Shown piece by piece: positions 18,816 through 32,228 of a stretch of 64,000 nucleotides of DNA. Positions within the stretch are counted from its first letter, which is position 1. The number at the start of each line of letters is the position of its first letter. This DNA comes from Chrysomallon squamiferum (taxonomy: Eukaryota > Animalia > Mollusca). A program made the translations under genes and the position numbers. The notes under the pieces are model-generated. The model saw only the letters and a list, made by a program, of their open reading frames with translations, ran no database searches and was not told the origin of the DNA. The DNA lies in NCBI GenBank assembly GCA_012295275.1, contig CM022669.1, forward strand, positions 2,542,001-2,606,000. The letters are read 5' to 3'.

Positions 18816-20194
18816 CTTTTATTATTATAATTTAGCGGTCTGTTCTGTTGGTTTATTTTGAAACTGTACTTTTCTAAATCATCACTGACAGTCCCTTTAA
18901 CTTCAAAGTGGGAACACATGTAGCAATATGTTGAACTAAGTATTACAGGAAGGAAACAAAACAGTGTTAAACATCTCTATTCAAATAGATGTGTACTACT
19001 TTGTGGCACAGTCTGCATCTGTTCACGTGTATGGTTCTGTAAAATAAACATTAAATTATGTTTGTGAAATATGTGCACATGGCCAGAACCTACCAGAAGA
19101 CATGAAAGTGAAGTGTTGCTGCTGTTAATTAAGTGGTAAAACTTAATTTTCACTAATCAAGTGCTGCTGTAACTAATTAAGTAACAAGAAAATTTACTTG
19201 TTCTCGCTGCAGGCCATGAGATATTAATCCTGTTAAAAGTTGGGCTGCTTCAAAATACATCAACTTCACAATATTTCTCTGTGATCAACTACACACACCA
19301 TTAGTAGCTGGTATTTGTTTTAATAATAATAATAATAATAATAAAATAAAATAATAATAAATTAAACGTCTTAAAGAAATTGAACAATAATTTTATGGAA
19401 TAATAAATCGAGTTAATATGTCTTTAGAAACTGGTTTTTATCCTTTCTAAAATTTATTTTTGTATTGTAATTTTCAGAATATTAGTATTCAGACCATCCA
19501 GATAAGTATGGAAGTCAAAGGGAAAATGAATTACTGACTCAGTATTATTTAGAGTATATGTATACAGACACACACACACACACACAGAAGTGTAATATTA
19601 ATAAAATTCAGTTGGCACATCAGAAAAACTTCACTGCTATTATTTTAAATGTTCAACTTGGTTTCTTCCTCTTTCTCAGTACCAAATTTATCTAAAATGA
19701 AACTAATATGTCTTTGTATCATATAATTATGTGCGTGCTACTGCATTTTAAATAAATAAAGAAAAAGAGAGCACTTTAATTTTTCTTGGTTCAGTTTTTG
19801 AAGTCTAAACAAAAAAATCAAATATTAAAAATCATGATACATCTAATGCAATTCCCAAAAAAACCTAGAAAATAATATAAAAAATTATCATGACTGCTGA
19901 TAGTATGTGTTTCTTAGTTTTCATATCTTGCAGAAATAGTTTTCATATTTGTAAATACTGTCATTAGTACTGAGAGACAGCTTCAAACATGCAAATAAAT
20001 CATAAAAGGTGAACTGGATTACTTGTATTTTGTTTTGAAGATTTGAAATGAAATGCACTAGGTACTCTAAATAAATAATTTGTTTTTGAGAGATGAACTG
20101 ACAATAACAACTGGAATTGTCAAACTGTACAGATTACATTCCTACACTGGACATAAAACCTGTCAGGTGGTCACTATCTGGGTCAGCAGTGGTC

Positions 20195-20335
20195 ATTTTT
20201 GTATAGCATTATGAAAATACAGGTAGATTATTCATTTTGTATAGCATTGTGGAAAAAGGTAGATTTGTAATTTTGTACAGCTTTGTGAAAATGCTGGGAT
20301 TAATTTTTTAACTTTGTACAGCATTCTGGGAACAA
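20195..20335. repeat. Degenerate ~37-bp minisatellite (TTTTGTATAGCATT..GAAAA..AGGTAGA), about 4 copies, with related copies near 20665-20720
   Basis: Repeated ttttgta(t/c)agc(a/t)tt cores at about 20196, 20235, 20271 and 20313. Confidence 0.6.
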
Positions 20336-21571
20336 TTGTTACTTACTTTGGTGAATAAGTCTGTAGATTTACTTATTTTTGTTGAGTTATTGATCATCTG
20401 ATTGATATTATTTTTATGTTATGTTACAGTTTTTCATTGTTTCAAATTTACTGGAGCATTTTTAGTTAAACCCCCCCAGAAAAGTCTGTTTTCATATTGT
20501 ATTTTGACTCTTAATTATGTATGACATTATTTTGTTATAAATAGGTCCTATTTTAATACAGAATTCTTTAATAAGTTACTTCACTTTTTCATGTCACATT
20601 CCACAATTACCACAATACCAGTTACTCCTGCTTTTGTGTAACATTCTTCAGTTTTCCAGTTTTCTAGTGTAGCATTCTGGAATTACAGGTAGCTAGTTAT
20701 GTAATTTTTATAGCATTCTTCATTTTTAGATCTACTGCATTTTTGTATAAATATTCAGTTATAGGCCTTCCCATAGGATTCTGGGATTACAAATGGAACT
20801 GTCCAGCTAATAATAGTAAAATAATCAGTCCATCTTTGAACAGAGCTGTTTTTCTAACATGGTGTCAAACTTTGGGTTATTGTTTGAATTCTGACATGTA
20901 GCTGAATTTGGCCCAGGTATTGAATAATGATTCTTTGTTTAGAAACATTGGCCTGACCCCTCCAGCAAGTTCAGGTGATATTACTTGAAGGACAATGGTC
21001 AGGTACAGTTACAGTTGATAAGAGGTAACTTAAGACTACAGTTAATTAACAAAGCTGAACAAGATTGGTCAGTAATTAGAATGTTAGGAGAATGAGTGTC
21101 TTGATGTAAATAGACATGTCACCTTCCTAGATTAGCCAGTATATGTGCATGTTTACATTATTGACATTAATTAAAACAAATAATAATAATTACAGTACTT
21201 CTATTATTAGTGGATCTCTGTTAAAAGTAGACTTTATATTTTTAATATACACCCCTTTGTTATTGAACCTGTATGAACTCATGCACACACACACACACAC
21301 ATACACACATAATATTCTAGTATTAGATTTCTTTTCATATAGGATCTAAAGAGAAAAGTATAGATGGATTTACAAGAAATGGTTTGAATACACAATAAAA
21401 ACAACAACAAACAATAAGTAGAGACCAGGGACAGGACAAAATGTAGAAAAAGAGATGTCTGTAGAGGCAAAATTTACAATATACTGCTGTCAAGATAACT
21501 AGTAAATATATGTACTAACAGAACACTGCATCTTTATTAAAAATTAAATAAAATATTTGAAAAAAATGTTT

Positions 21572-21621
<50 letters not shown>

Positions 21622-22635
21622 GCTTACTGTATTTGGGCACATTTTAAATGAATTTTATCACATGATAAATTCATAAATGTGTTAACCTGTGTTACAGATT
21701 TGTGGATTTATGAAAAATAATTGAAGAACTCATTTCATGATTTCAGACATTCTCATGCATTCTTACTTTTCCCTAAATGCAGTACACAGTAGCGAATTCT
21801 CTGTTAAATAGCATGTCATTGCCAGTGCTTTGAAACTGAGAAAATAATAAATCAAATTAGACATAAACCAGTTGGCTGTTGAGAATGTTTAGCATGCTTA
21901 GAACAAAAAAAAAAAAAAAAATTGTGCATCATATAACTATAGATATTTGAAAAAACAAATACCGTGATGATGAAGGTGATATTTAGCAATAGTAGTAGTA
22001 ATAATAAATTGTAATAATAATTCAAATAAAACAAATACTAATAATAATACTGACAGTATTAAATAATAGGAAAATACTAAGTAATACTAGTAATAATAAT
22101 AGTTGTAGCAGCAGCAGTAGTAGTAAATTAAACTTAATATAATCATTTGATTTCTCTGTAATGCTTGAATTGCATTAATAACAGAAAAAACAAAATTCAC
22201 AGATTAATAATAAAAATATTACAGTCTGCACATCCAAAATGTGCATGTACTTATAAAGTAAAATGAACCTAAGTTGTTTCACAAATATTAAATTATAATA
22301 ACTCTGTACATAGTAAAATATTTGTTTTACAATATATTCATCAGTGTTTATTGATCACTGTTAAATAAATCTGCATAGATCAAACAAAAACTGATAAAAT
22401 TGCAGGTTTCATATTTAAAATGTTTTTTTAGCTACATTCTGAATATAAAAAACTTGAAGTGTGTATGTATAGAGTAGCAGCCTATAGATTTCTGAACTTT
22501 GATGGAGTACATAGTAACATAAACAGAACTGTGTTTGTATTTATACACATGTATTATGTGAAAAGAATTGAAGGTGTAACATGTCATGCATACATATCGT
22601 CTCTGAACCATTTGACACTGCTTGGTGCAGTATGG

Positions 22636-22637
<2 letters not shown>

Positions 22638-22727
<90 letters not shown>
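22638..22727. repeat. Compound (TG)n(AG)n microsatellite
   Basis: Directly visible; explains four overlapping spurious ORFs. Confidence 0.95.
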
Positions 22728-22732
<5 letters not shown>

Positions 22733-25006
22733 AAAATCTGGAAAACACAAATTAACATTTAAAATTTTACAAATTACAGATGGTTAAAAAAATAATAATT
22801 TAATGTTTCCTGAAGTCAAACATTTGTGTGTTTAATGAAATAATGATCAAACATTCCTTTCATTTATTTATTATCTTTTTTTTGTCAAATAAAAATGAAA
22901 ACACAATTTGAAGAAAAAGACCTGCTATAGTGTTATTCTGCTCGTATTGCACACGTGTGATAAGCTGAACAGCTTGTGAGTAAAAATCATGAAAACATTC
23001 TTTGTATTGTTGTCTCAGCTGCCATCCAAATCGATTATTTTCTGCTTCACAGTCCTTTCATCTGTTAATTTTTATTCTTGATAGATTTATTTCTCACTGT
23101 ACTGCACAATATTTTCAAAATCAGAGACCCACTTTGAACTTGAAGCATACTTAGTTATTTACTGAGATTGTCATTGTCAGCCAGAGAGAAGGATCTCCCT
23201 TTACTGGGAATGTCTGGTCAAATAAACATTATCTTGGATAATTTTACACACTGATGCATTTAAGTCTATACATGTTGTGTGTCTGTTTGGGTGGGGAGAG
23301 TTCATTAAATTTTGTTTTTGTTTTGTTATGGTGTTGGTTTTGTTTTTGATTAGGTTTTGGAGGGGTAGTATTTATGAGTTTGTTTATTTTTTGTTTTCAT
23401 AGTTAAATTTGATTTTCTTGGTTTTACATAATTATATTTTCACTTACATTACCTAATGTTATATATCATTTACATTGTTTTTCTTGTTTTTTTCAAAATG
23501 ATTTTATTTTTAACATTAAAAAATATTGGGGAATAAAACATTTCACATTAAGTATTTAAATCAATATTTTGATTACCTCTCTGACTATCTAACTTTGTTT
23601 ACTCCCATTGTAAATAAACAAGAGTCAAGAACAAAGGTTAGTGTTTACAGTATACATTTCTGTTACTCTATAAGCAGTTGGTGGAGATGTCAGCAAAATT
23701 ACTTTTTTCAAGAACTGACTAGAAGTGTTTGGGTTTCTTTGGGTAACGCCTGGTCTTGTTGATAAGAACATAAACAGGCAGACCATTCATGCATGGCAGT
23801 AATGCCAGGCTTATTTTGCTGACCCTAGATTTGGCGTGATTTAATGTTTCAGTAATATTTGTAGTGTAAATAACCAAATCTTTGCATTTTCAAGGAGAAT
23901 AAGCTAACCACTTTGATGGAAAAATCTTGGTGTAGGCAACAAACATTTCCATCATAAAAATTAATATTTAAAAAAAAAGCCAATAAAAAACAACAACAAA
24001 ATGAAAACACTACAAATATTGTCATTTTTTATTATCTGATATATTTTTATTTGTTTATATTAATTATACAGGAAAAAAAGATACTGGCATAAAAAAAAAA
24101 TGACTAAGTTGTATATATTAAATTATATTAATTTTATAAAAAATATAATTTTGTCAAAACTGGTAAAGTACAAGGTAATTTAAAAAAAAATAATGTCACA
24201 TATATAATGTTTAAAAAATTTTATAAAATATTTTTGTAATTAGTTGGATTATAGTTATAATACTCTTCTGTATAAATGCAATAAATTCCTTAATCAAAAA
24301 AGTCTGAATACCTTAAACATTAACAAGAAAACAGTTTTAAAGATCTAATGAAATATTTGAATTGAGTTTATATAAAATATTTCAAACATATTTTTCTTTA
24401 TTTTGTTTAGGTTTAGATTGAATAAAGAATTCATACTTGAACTGTTTGTAAATTTTGTTTTATTTATTTGTAAATGTTTTTATTAATAACACTGGATGTT
24501 AACTATTACTGTGCAAGTCTGTTGTACATGTGAACCAGACTATGACCCTTCTTCATTAGCTGGCTGTCACGTGCAAACTAAGACACATACTAACTTTAGG
24601 CTGGTTAATACTTAGAATACTGAACAGTAATATATTTTACAAGTGGATATTTAACAATAATACTGTCACCAGTGTGCTTAATAATTAAGATATTTAACTG
24701 TAATATAAAACTATCTTAATGGTGATCAGTGTCCATATATATCCATATATCTAACTTAGTTAACATAGTAATATTGTCAGTAGGCCGATAATCTTAATGT
24801 ATTTAATAATATCACCAGGCTGATTAATACTCAAAATATTCTAATTTTCACTACACTCCCTCAAGGCTATGTATGTTAAATATACACATATTTAACATAT
24901 TTGTTAATTCTAATGTATGTAATAGTAATTCCCATACTCGTATATTATTGAAGTAAAATAAATAGTTGTGTAAATTCCTGTATTTTTAGCATTTATAAAT
25001 CATGAG

Positions 25007-25320
25007 TACGGGCTGGAGCTCAGTGAATCAGAGTTATAGTATGAAGTGAGAATAGATACAGGATCAATTCTCCACAGTGATCTCTTTGAGCTAATGCCAA
25101 TTCCAGCTTGACTTCAGTTAGTTTCCATAGGCCATGTTATGTACTTTCATCAGCATTTTTGTGTGTTTATTAAAAAAAAAAATAAAAAAAAAAATTAAAA
25201 AAATTGCTGATAATTGAAAAAATTAAACTCCTGTGATGTAGTTTATTTCTTCTCATGTCATCATATAGAAAACTGTTATTTTAAACTAGTGAATCAGAGA
25301 TGTCATTAAATATTAACAAA
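25007..25320 (+). mobile_element. Degenerate tRNA-derived SINE remnant
   Basis: A-box-like GGAGCTCAGTG and B-box-like GGATCAATTC, followed by ttccagc...ggccatgttatgtac and a gtcattaaa tail resembling gastropod SINE bodies as I recall them. Similar tail fragments near 45032-45070 and 51436-51458. Confidence 0.45.
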
Positions 25321-28300
25321 TGCATTCAGATTAATCACCACTTAATAGTTTGGATTCTTGGATTCTTGGATTTTAACTGAGAACCAAGAAACAAACTCAA
25401 AGAAGATATTAATCAAGGCAATGTTTACACTAACATGGGCTGATGAAAACAAAAATATATTTCTCTTTGCTGTCTAGTAACACCAGAATCATTATTAAAA
25501 ACACCTTTAACATTTTGCTATTTATAATTAAAATGTTTAAATGATGACAGTATGATGAATGAATGTTGAATAGAAAATTTGTTGGGGTTCTGTATAAAAA
25601 AGACTTGTAATGACAGGAATGACTCAGTCTTACCTTAGTGGTGTAATAATGCATTTGTTGTTTATTAGTACCATCTGCTGTCTATGTAATACACATGTGC
25701 AGTGATTTGTCAAATAAATAAATGATCACAATAATATAATATGCCTGATATTTGTACTAAAACTGATTTATCTCAGTAATATAATAACTGTTTACAGTAA
25801 TATCTTTGAAAAACAGTTGGTATTGTGTAAAACATATTCATGCATATAATTTTATTTCACTGTTAAATGATGAATAAACACACATACTCTATTTATTTAT
25901 TGTGCATATAGCTTCAGAGGTTGACTGGATTAAATCTGATTGGTTGTACAGATTGTCAGAAGAGTTTTCAGTTTATTTTTTTTTTTTTTTTTTTTAAGAT
26001 ATATATATAAATGCAAAATTCAATATCACTGATCAAATTTCTGTTTATTGATAACAATCTTTATAGAAGAATAGAAGAAATTTATTTTAGTGTGTATATG
26101 TATTTCGTGTGTACTTAATCAAATAGTACATTTTAATTATAAATGTAATTATATTCCAAAATAAAATCTAAATGCATGCAGAAATATTTTCTATTTCACT
26201 GTTTTCCTAAAATGTGGTATAAACTAATTTTTTAATTTATTTATTTCATGTTAATGATTTGAAAGAAAAACATGATTTTTAACATGAAATTAATGTAGTA
26301 ATTATGTTCTGCTTTATGACAAGCAACTTCAGTGTTTCTTTTGAAAAACTTTTATCTCTGTATGATAATATTGTCTACACTGTTACAGTACAGAAATAAA
26401 TAAGTCCACTATATGAATTCACATATATTTAATGTTTTTAGTTAATTTGAAATTATTGTTAAATGTGCACTGGTAACATTGCAGATGGATACAGTTGTAA
26501 GTGGCTTACAGCAATGGCTTTATAAATTTAATATTAAAATCATTAAAAAGTGAAAACTTGAAATATTAACATTAATAATAAGACAGTTTTCCTTCGAGAA
26601 ATAATGTTGTAAAACCCTCTATAAAATCACCTGAGTCCAGAAAAAGGTCAGGATTTTATTAATTCATAAGGGAGAGATAATCCATAATTCCCTGTAAGTC
26701 ATTAGTTACTCTCTGCATATAGTAATTGGGTTTAGGAGTTTACAAAGAGAGAGCCAAACTGCAAAGATGATCATTATTTTAATAACTGACAGCTGACTTC
26801 AGAAATCTGCTTTAAGAACCTGACAACACTGAACTGACTTGAGACTTACACTTTGTTGAATTGGTATATGGAATGCAGGATTTAGAGAACCCTCACAAAA
26901 TGTAGATTTGGGAATGAGGAAATTTGTCCATGACCTTTTTTATTTTACTATCTGATCCTTTTTTATTATTATAAAGATTTCTGGTAACTGTAACTAAAGA
27001 ACATAGGGATGTAGCAATTTATTGAGGTGTTTTTTATTTTATTTATAAAACTAACATATCCCTTTGTAGGTTCTTGTCTAAATATTTCAGTTGAGCAGCT
27101 TTCACACTCATTTATTATCATATGAAAAGAAAACCATGGATATAATAATGTACATAAATATTATAATTTTTTTATTTTTTAAAAGACTGGTGTAGATTGC
27201 TAATGTATCTAGTAACATTGGTGCAAGGCCAAATTAAGCTATAAAATTCAATATGGTGTGTTCAAACATAGTCACTATTCCCTGTTGACAATAAAGAAAT
27301 GTTTTATTTTTGACTCTGCTGTTCATTCATTGTAAATAAGAATGCTATGAACTATAGTCAAGGGTCACTGACTATTAAAGTGTACCTTGTGTGGGATAAA
27401 TAAATAGTCTAAATATATTTGTAATTTTTCCAAGTTATCTTTTATTTAGTTTTTGCATCCAGTTTTGATAATAATGAAGTATAACAGAAGAATATATTTA
27501 AAAACTTGGCACTGCCATTTATTTATTTATTTATTATTTTAAAACACAGAATAGATAGTTTGATCAGATCCCTTCTCGTGTTGGTAGAAGAAGTGCAGCT
27601 CCCAGGCTGGCCTGTGTGGTGTGACATGTCTTGTAACAGTGCTGCTCCACTCTCGTAATGTGATCACAGATGAAATAAAGTAAATTTTTAGGTATACGAT
27701 TGTTTTAGATGATTCATTCATACAAACACATACTAATAAACTCCTAATTGAAGAGATGTATGCCCTGATCTGTATCTACTGATCTGTATCTATTGCTGGT
27801 TATTCTTTTTATTATTCTTTTTTTTTTCACCCCATACAAATATAATTAATTAACTGATGTAATTAATTTTCATTGATTGATCAAAATATCAATTATTAAT
27901 AACTAATGGATAGTGTTTTATTATGATTGCCTGGGTGTGTATTTTGAAAAAATGAAAATTGGCCAGTTCAGGGGCAGGCTAATGAAACAATTGTCAATAT
28001 TTTATCTCAGGTTGGCAGAGTAACAGATGGGTTGTCAGCTTGATTTTGTTTTATCAATAAGAGTAAAAAAAAAAAAAATATTAAGCAGACAGAAAGGAAC
28101 ATTTGTTTAGAAATGTTTTTTAAGTTACTATTATTATTTTCTTTTATATCATTTTTATTTTTTTATTTTTTTTATTTTTTTTGTGTGTGTGTATATACAG
28201 AAATGAAGGAAGAAGTAAGAGGGAACATAAAATTAGTGTTTCATTATTATTTGTATTACATAAAATAAAGAAATAATAATATTTAAGACACACTATTGTG

Positions 28301-29169
28301 TTTTTAAAATATTTATACCACTATTTCTTCTTTAACAGCAGTTAAGATTTTTTTTTGTCCTAAATTGTTGGTACTTTGATAATACACAGTCCAGTTTGTT
28401 GCTGTTTTAATAAATGCAAAAATACAAATACCAGCTTTCATCCGCCTCTCCTCCGCCTCTCCTCACATACACCTGGTCATGTTTTTCATGAAAGTAACAG
28501 TTGTGTTTATAGCTGAGGCACATTTATAATCAGAGTGTTTGGTTTTCATATTGATTCAGTGAAAAAAGCCTGTTTATTACTGAAACAGATTTAAGTTAAA
28601 TTCCACTTTCTCACATTTCCCATGCTTGAGTAAACAACAGAAAAATTATTAATAATATCTTAGTAATAATACATACAATAGTTGAAATATATTGTGATTA
28701 TTATTATTATTATTATTACTGTTATTATTTAAAATACTTGGACACACATATATGCACACACACACACACATATGCACACACAAACACACACACAAATACA
28801 CACACACATAACAAATCCACACACACACATAACAAATCAAGGTATACACATACAAATACACAAATACACTCACATAGCACACACACACACATACATCTAA
28901 TAAAAAGACATGCTCACAGATACACACATTCACTTGAATGTACAGATGAGCAGTCACAACCAACATACAAAAGCATCATGAAATTTCAACTCCTCAGGGT
29001 TTCTGCTGTGTCATTAACTTTGGCTGATCAACAGGAAACACTTCAAAGATGTGTTCCATACCTTCTGTTCACTGCGTCTGCTCACTGGCTCAGTGTGAGC
29101 AGACTGCCTGCAGCTTCAGTGACTTCATTCATTTATAGCTTAACCAATGTTTCTTTTTGCTCATTTCAG

Positions 29170-29262
29170 ACTGAACTGTCCCACTGTGAAGCGAGACTGT
29201 TTGATGGGAGATGATCCAGAATTGAGGTGTTAGCTGTAACCATTGTTGTTTCAAAAATACAA
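29170..29262 (+). other. TNFAIP8: TNFAIP8 upstream exon (5'UTR plus the A of the split ATG)
   Basis: Acceptor tttcag at 29168-9 and donor A|GTAAGT at 29262/29263. Joining to 31031 (TG GCA GAA) creates ATG GCA GAA in an A-rich context. Confidence 0.6.
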
Positions 29263-29499
29263 GTAAGTAGAGTTGTTTTTTTTGTAACTGTTACTTTGAT
29301 GTTATTGTAACTATTTGAAGTATGATACACTTACCTTCACTATTATTATACAGCAGTAATTTTTACAGATACACAAGTTCCATCACAGAGTTATAGAAAG
29401 AAATATTGTAACTTAAACAGCAGTAAGTTATGTTTTTGTAGTACGCAGTAATGATCACTGTTACAGACGTTTCATAAGGTACAGTCACTGTTACATAAG

Positions 29500-29990
29500 T
29501 ACTTTGCAGTTACAGTTACTACTGTCAAAGTACTATTACAGTTACAGTTACTAATATAGAAGTTCTGTAACATTTGTGGTTACTAATATTGAAGTACTGT
29601 AACAGTTATAGAAACTAACCTGGAGGTGCTGTAACAGTTGTAGACACTAACATGGAAGTGCTGTAACAGTTGTAGACACTAACATGGAAGTACTGTAACT
29701 GCTGTAACAGTTGTAGACACTAACATGGAAGTACTGTAACTGCTGTAACAGTTGTAGACACTAACATGGAAGTGCTGTAACAGTTGTAGACACTAACATG
29801 GAAGTACTGTAACAGTTGTAGACACTAACATGGAAGTACTGTAACAGTTGTAGACACTAACATGGAAGTACTGTAACAGTTGTAGACACTAACATGGAAG
29901 TACTGTAACAGTTGTAGACACTAACATGGAAGTGCTGTAACAGTTTCGGTCACTGATGTGAAAATTTTAACAGTTATGGTCACTAAATAG
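29500..29990. repeat. 32-bp minisatellite (CTGTAACAGTTGTAGACACTAACATGGAAGTR), about 10 near-perfect copies with degenerate flanks
   Basis: Units start at 29629, 29661, 29702, 29743, 29775, 29807, 29839, 29871, 29903, 29935 (last partial); two carry a 9-bp CTGTAACTG stutter. Confidence 0.95.
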
Positions 29991-31030
29991 AGTACAGTAG
30001 CCATGCTGGAAATATTGCCAAAGTTTTGGGGTTTTTTTTTTGTTTTCTAGTGAAGATAATTATATTCAAACAAAATAAGTGCTGTGAATAAACATACCTT
30101 CAAGATAAAATAACATTAAATGGCTGAGAAGAATAATAATTAATAACAGCATTAATAACAAAACAATAACAACAGTAATAATAACAGTGTTAATAGGAAA
30201 CAATAATAGTAGTAGTAATAAAAAACAAACCCATAAATATCAACAACAGCAATAACAACAGAAAAACCATCACCAATAATAGATGTTTAAATGAAGTGCT
30301 GTGCAGTTCTGACTTGATTAATGCACATTTGTGCAGTGTCTCATGCCTCAGTGACATTTTGCTGATAAAAATGATCTACAGCTGCTGAAACAGCAAAATA
30401 AATTTGGGCTAATTCTAGAACTGACTTTGATGCTGACTTCTTGTGTACTGTTTCCTTTACATTGTTTTTTATTATCCAGTTCCAGCCCGTGCCCATGCTT
30501 TTTCTTTTCATTTTTAATCAACATTCACCTTCCAGCCAGTATTGAGTCTGTTTGTTTTAATACCCTAAGAAGTATGACACACTAAGAGTATTATTTTTAA
30601 AAAACACCTCTTTCTTCTTTCTAATAAATATGTTGACTCTAAAACACCTTCTGTCAATAGATTCAGTCTGCCCTTGAGCATTAATGTTTTAATTATGTAG
30701 GGACATCTAACAATTAATTTTGATCATGTGAGATAATGTTAATAACTGATTATCAGATACAGAGGATTCCGACCATCTGTGACCAAGTAATTTATTGTTT
30801 TTCATGGAGAATTGTTATTATATATATATATCAAATAATCATTTTTTAAAAGTTATCCAAGTTTTGGGATTTAATATAAAATACATTAATAGTTTATTAA
30901 CTTACTGTTTACATAGTGAGGATCACACACACACACACCTTAGGTAGAAAGTTAGATACACAGACAGACGTACAGAATTTAATATTGTGAATATGTTAAT
31001 TTCAGTATTTGTTTATTTATCTATCCACAG

Positions 31031-31602
31031 TGGCAGAACCAGGGTCAGGTTTTGATTCCAGAGGTCTTGGGCTTCGAGCCCAGAAAAAACTGCTTGGAAA
31101 GATGTCCAGTAAAACAATGGCAAAACATTTCATTGATGACACAACTGGACGAGTGCTAGACAACACATACCGAATAATTAAAGAATACCTGACGTCAAAG
31201 AAGGAAGCAGAAAAAATTATCAAATACGTAATTAAGACTGTGGTGAAAGTGGGAATATTGTACCGCAACGACCAGTTCAACACAGAGGAACTAAAGATTG
31301 TTGAGGATTTTAAGCAGAAGTTTCACTCCCTGGCAATGACAGTGATAAGTTTCCATGAGGTGGATTTCACTTTCGATCGCACATTCTTGTGTAAAACTCT
31401 AGAGGAATGTCGAGCCATGCTTCAGAATCTAATATCTCGACATCTGACAGAAAAATCAAAGTCTCGAGTGGACATAGTGTTTAAATTCTTCGCAAATCCT
31501 GATTTTATGGACTCAGTTTTTCAGTCAGAGAGCAAGTATAAAACGACATTTGATCTTATTGTTCAAGACATGCATAAAATGATTGATGAGGGAAATCTCT
31601 GA
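31031..31602 (+). CDS. TNFAIP8: TNF-alpha-induced protein 8 (TIPE family), main coding exon; about 190 aa with the split ATG
   Basis: Acceptor ccacag ends at 31030 (phase 1). FDSRGLGLRAQKKLLGKMSSK..FIDDT, KKEAEKIIKYVIKTVVKVGIL, AMTVISFHEVDFTFD, HLTEKSKSRVDIVFKFF are hallmark TIPE motifs. Stop TGA 31600-31602. Confidence 0.95.
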
Positions 31603-32191
31603 TGTACAGTTCTAGATCTATGCAGCAGTATTGAAATGTATTTAAAGTTGTACAGAACAGTCCTTTTACATTGTACTTTCACATGATTTTACACTAATAC
31701 ACTATAATGTGTTAGTGTGCATTTCACATTTTACATTATACTTTCAGGCCTGCATTACACTGCAAATCAGTGTATTTCCACATTTACATTGTGTTGCAGT
31801 TTATTTCATCAATTTTAGGTTTTTGTAATAATATGCTGTAACAGTGTATTTCACTATTTTACATTGTACTTTGTTCTGTTTTATATTGTAATACAGTTTA
31901 TTTCATCTTATTTTACACTGTATTACTGCATATTTTGGACATCCCTTTAAATTCATTGTGTTACTGATAAAGTAGCACATTGTTCACCAATATGAAGGAT
32001 GTTACTTATTACTTTCAGATGATGAGAGTCAGTTAAGTATCATGTGATCCTTGCTCATTAGGATGCTTAATTTGTATTTAATGTGACACTAACAGAGATG
32101 GGGACAGTTTGAAAAGGTCATCACTACTAAGCAACTTACAAGTCATCAAATATAAAATAGTTCTGTTTTTCACACATTTACTTATTATTAC

Positions 32192-32228
<37 letters not shown>

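Noticed and set aside
22432-22787. Overlapping ORFs with HT/VC/ER runs (also 6273-6630 and 28649-29214)
   Set aside because: Translations of microsatellites.
29500-29990. 32-bp repeat array as a CRISPR array
   Set aside because: Units are head-to-tail with no unique spacers, there are no cas genes, and the context is a eukaryotic intron.
31009-31030. ORF-track start of TNFAIP8 at 31009
   Set aside because: TTG inside the polypyrimidine tract of the intron; the exon starts at 31031.
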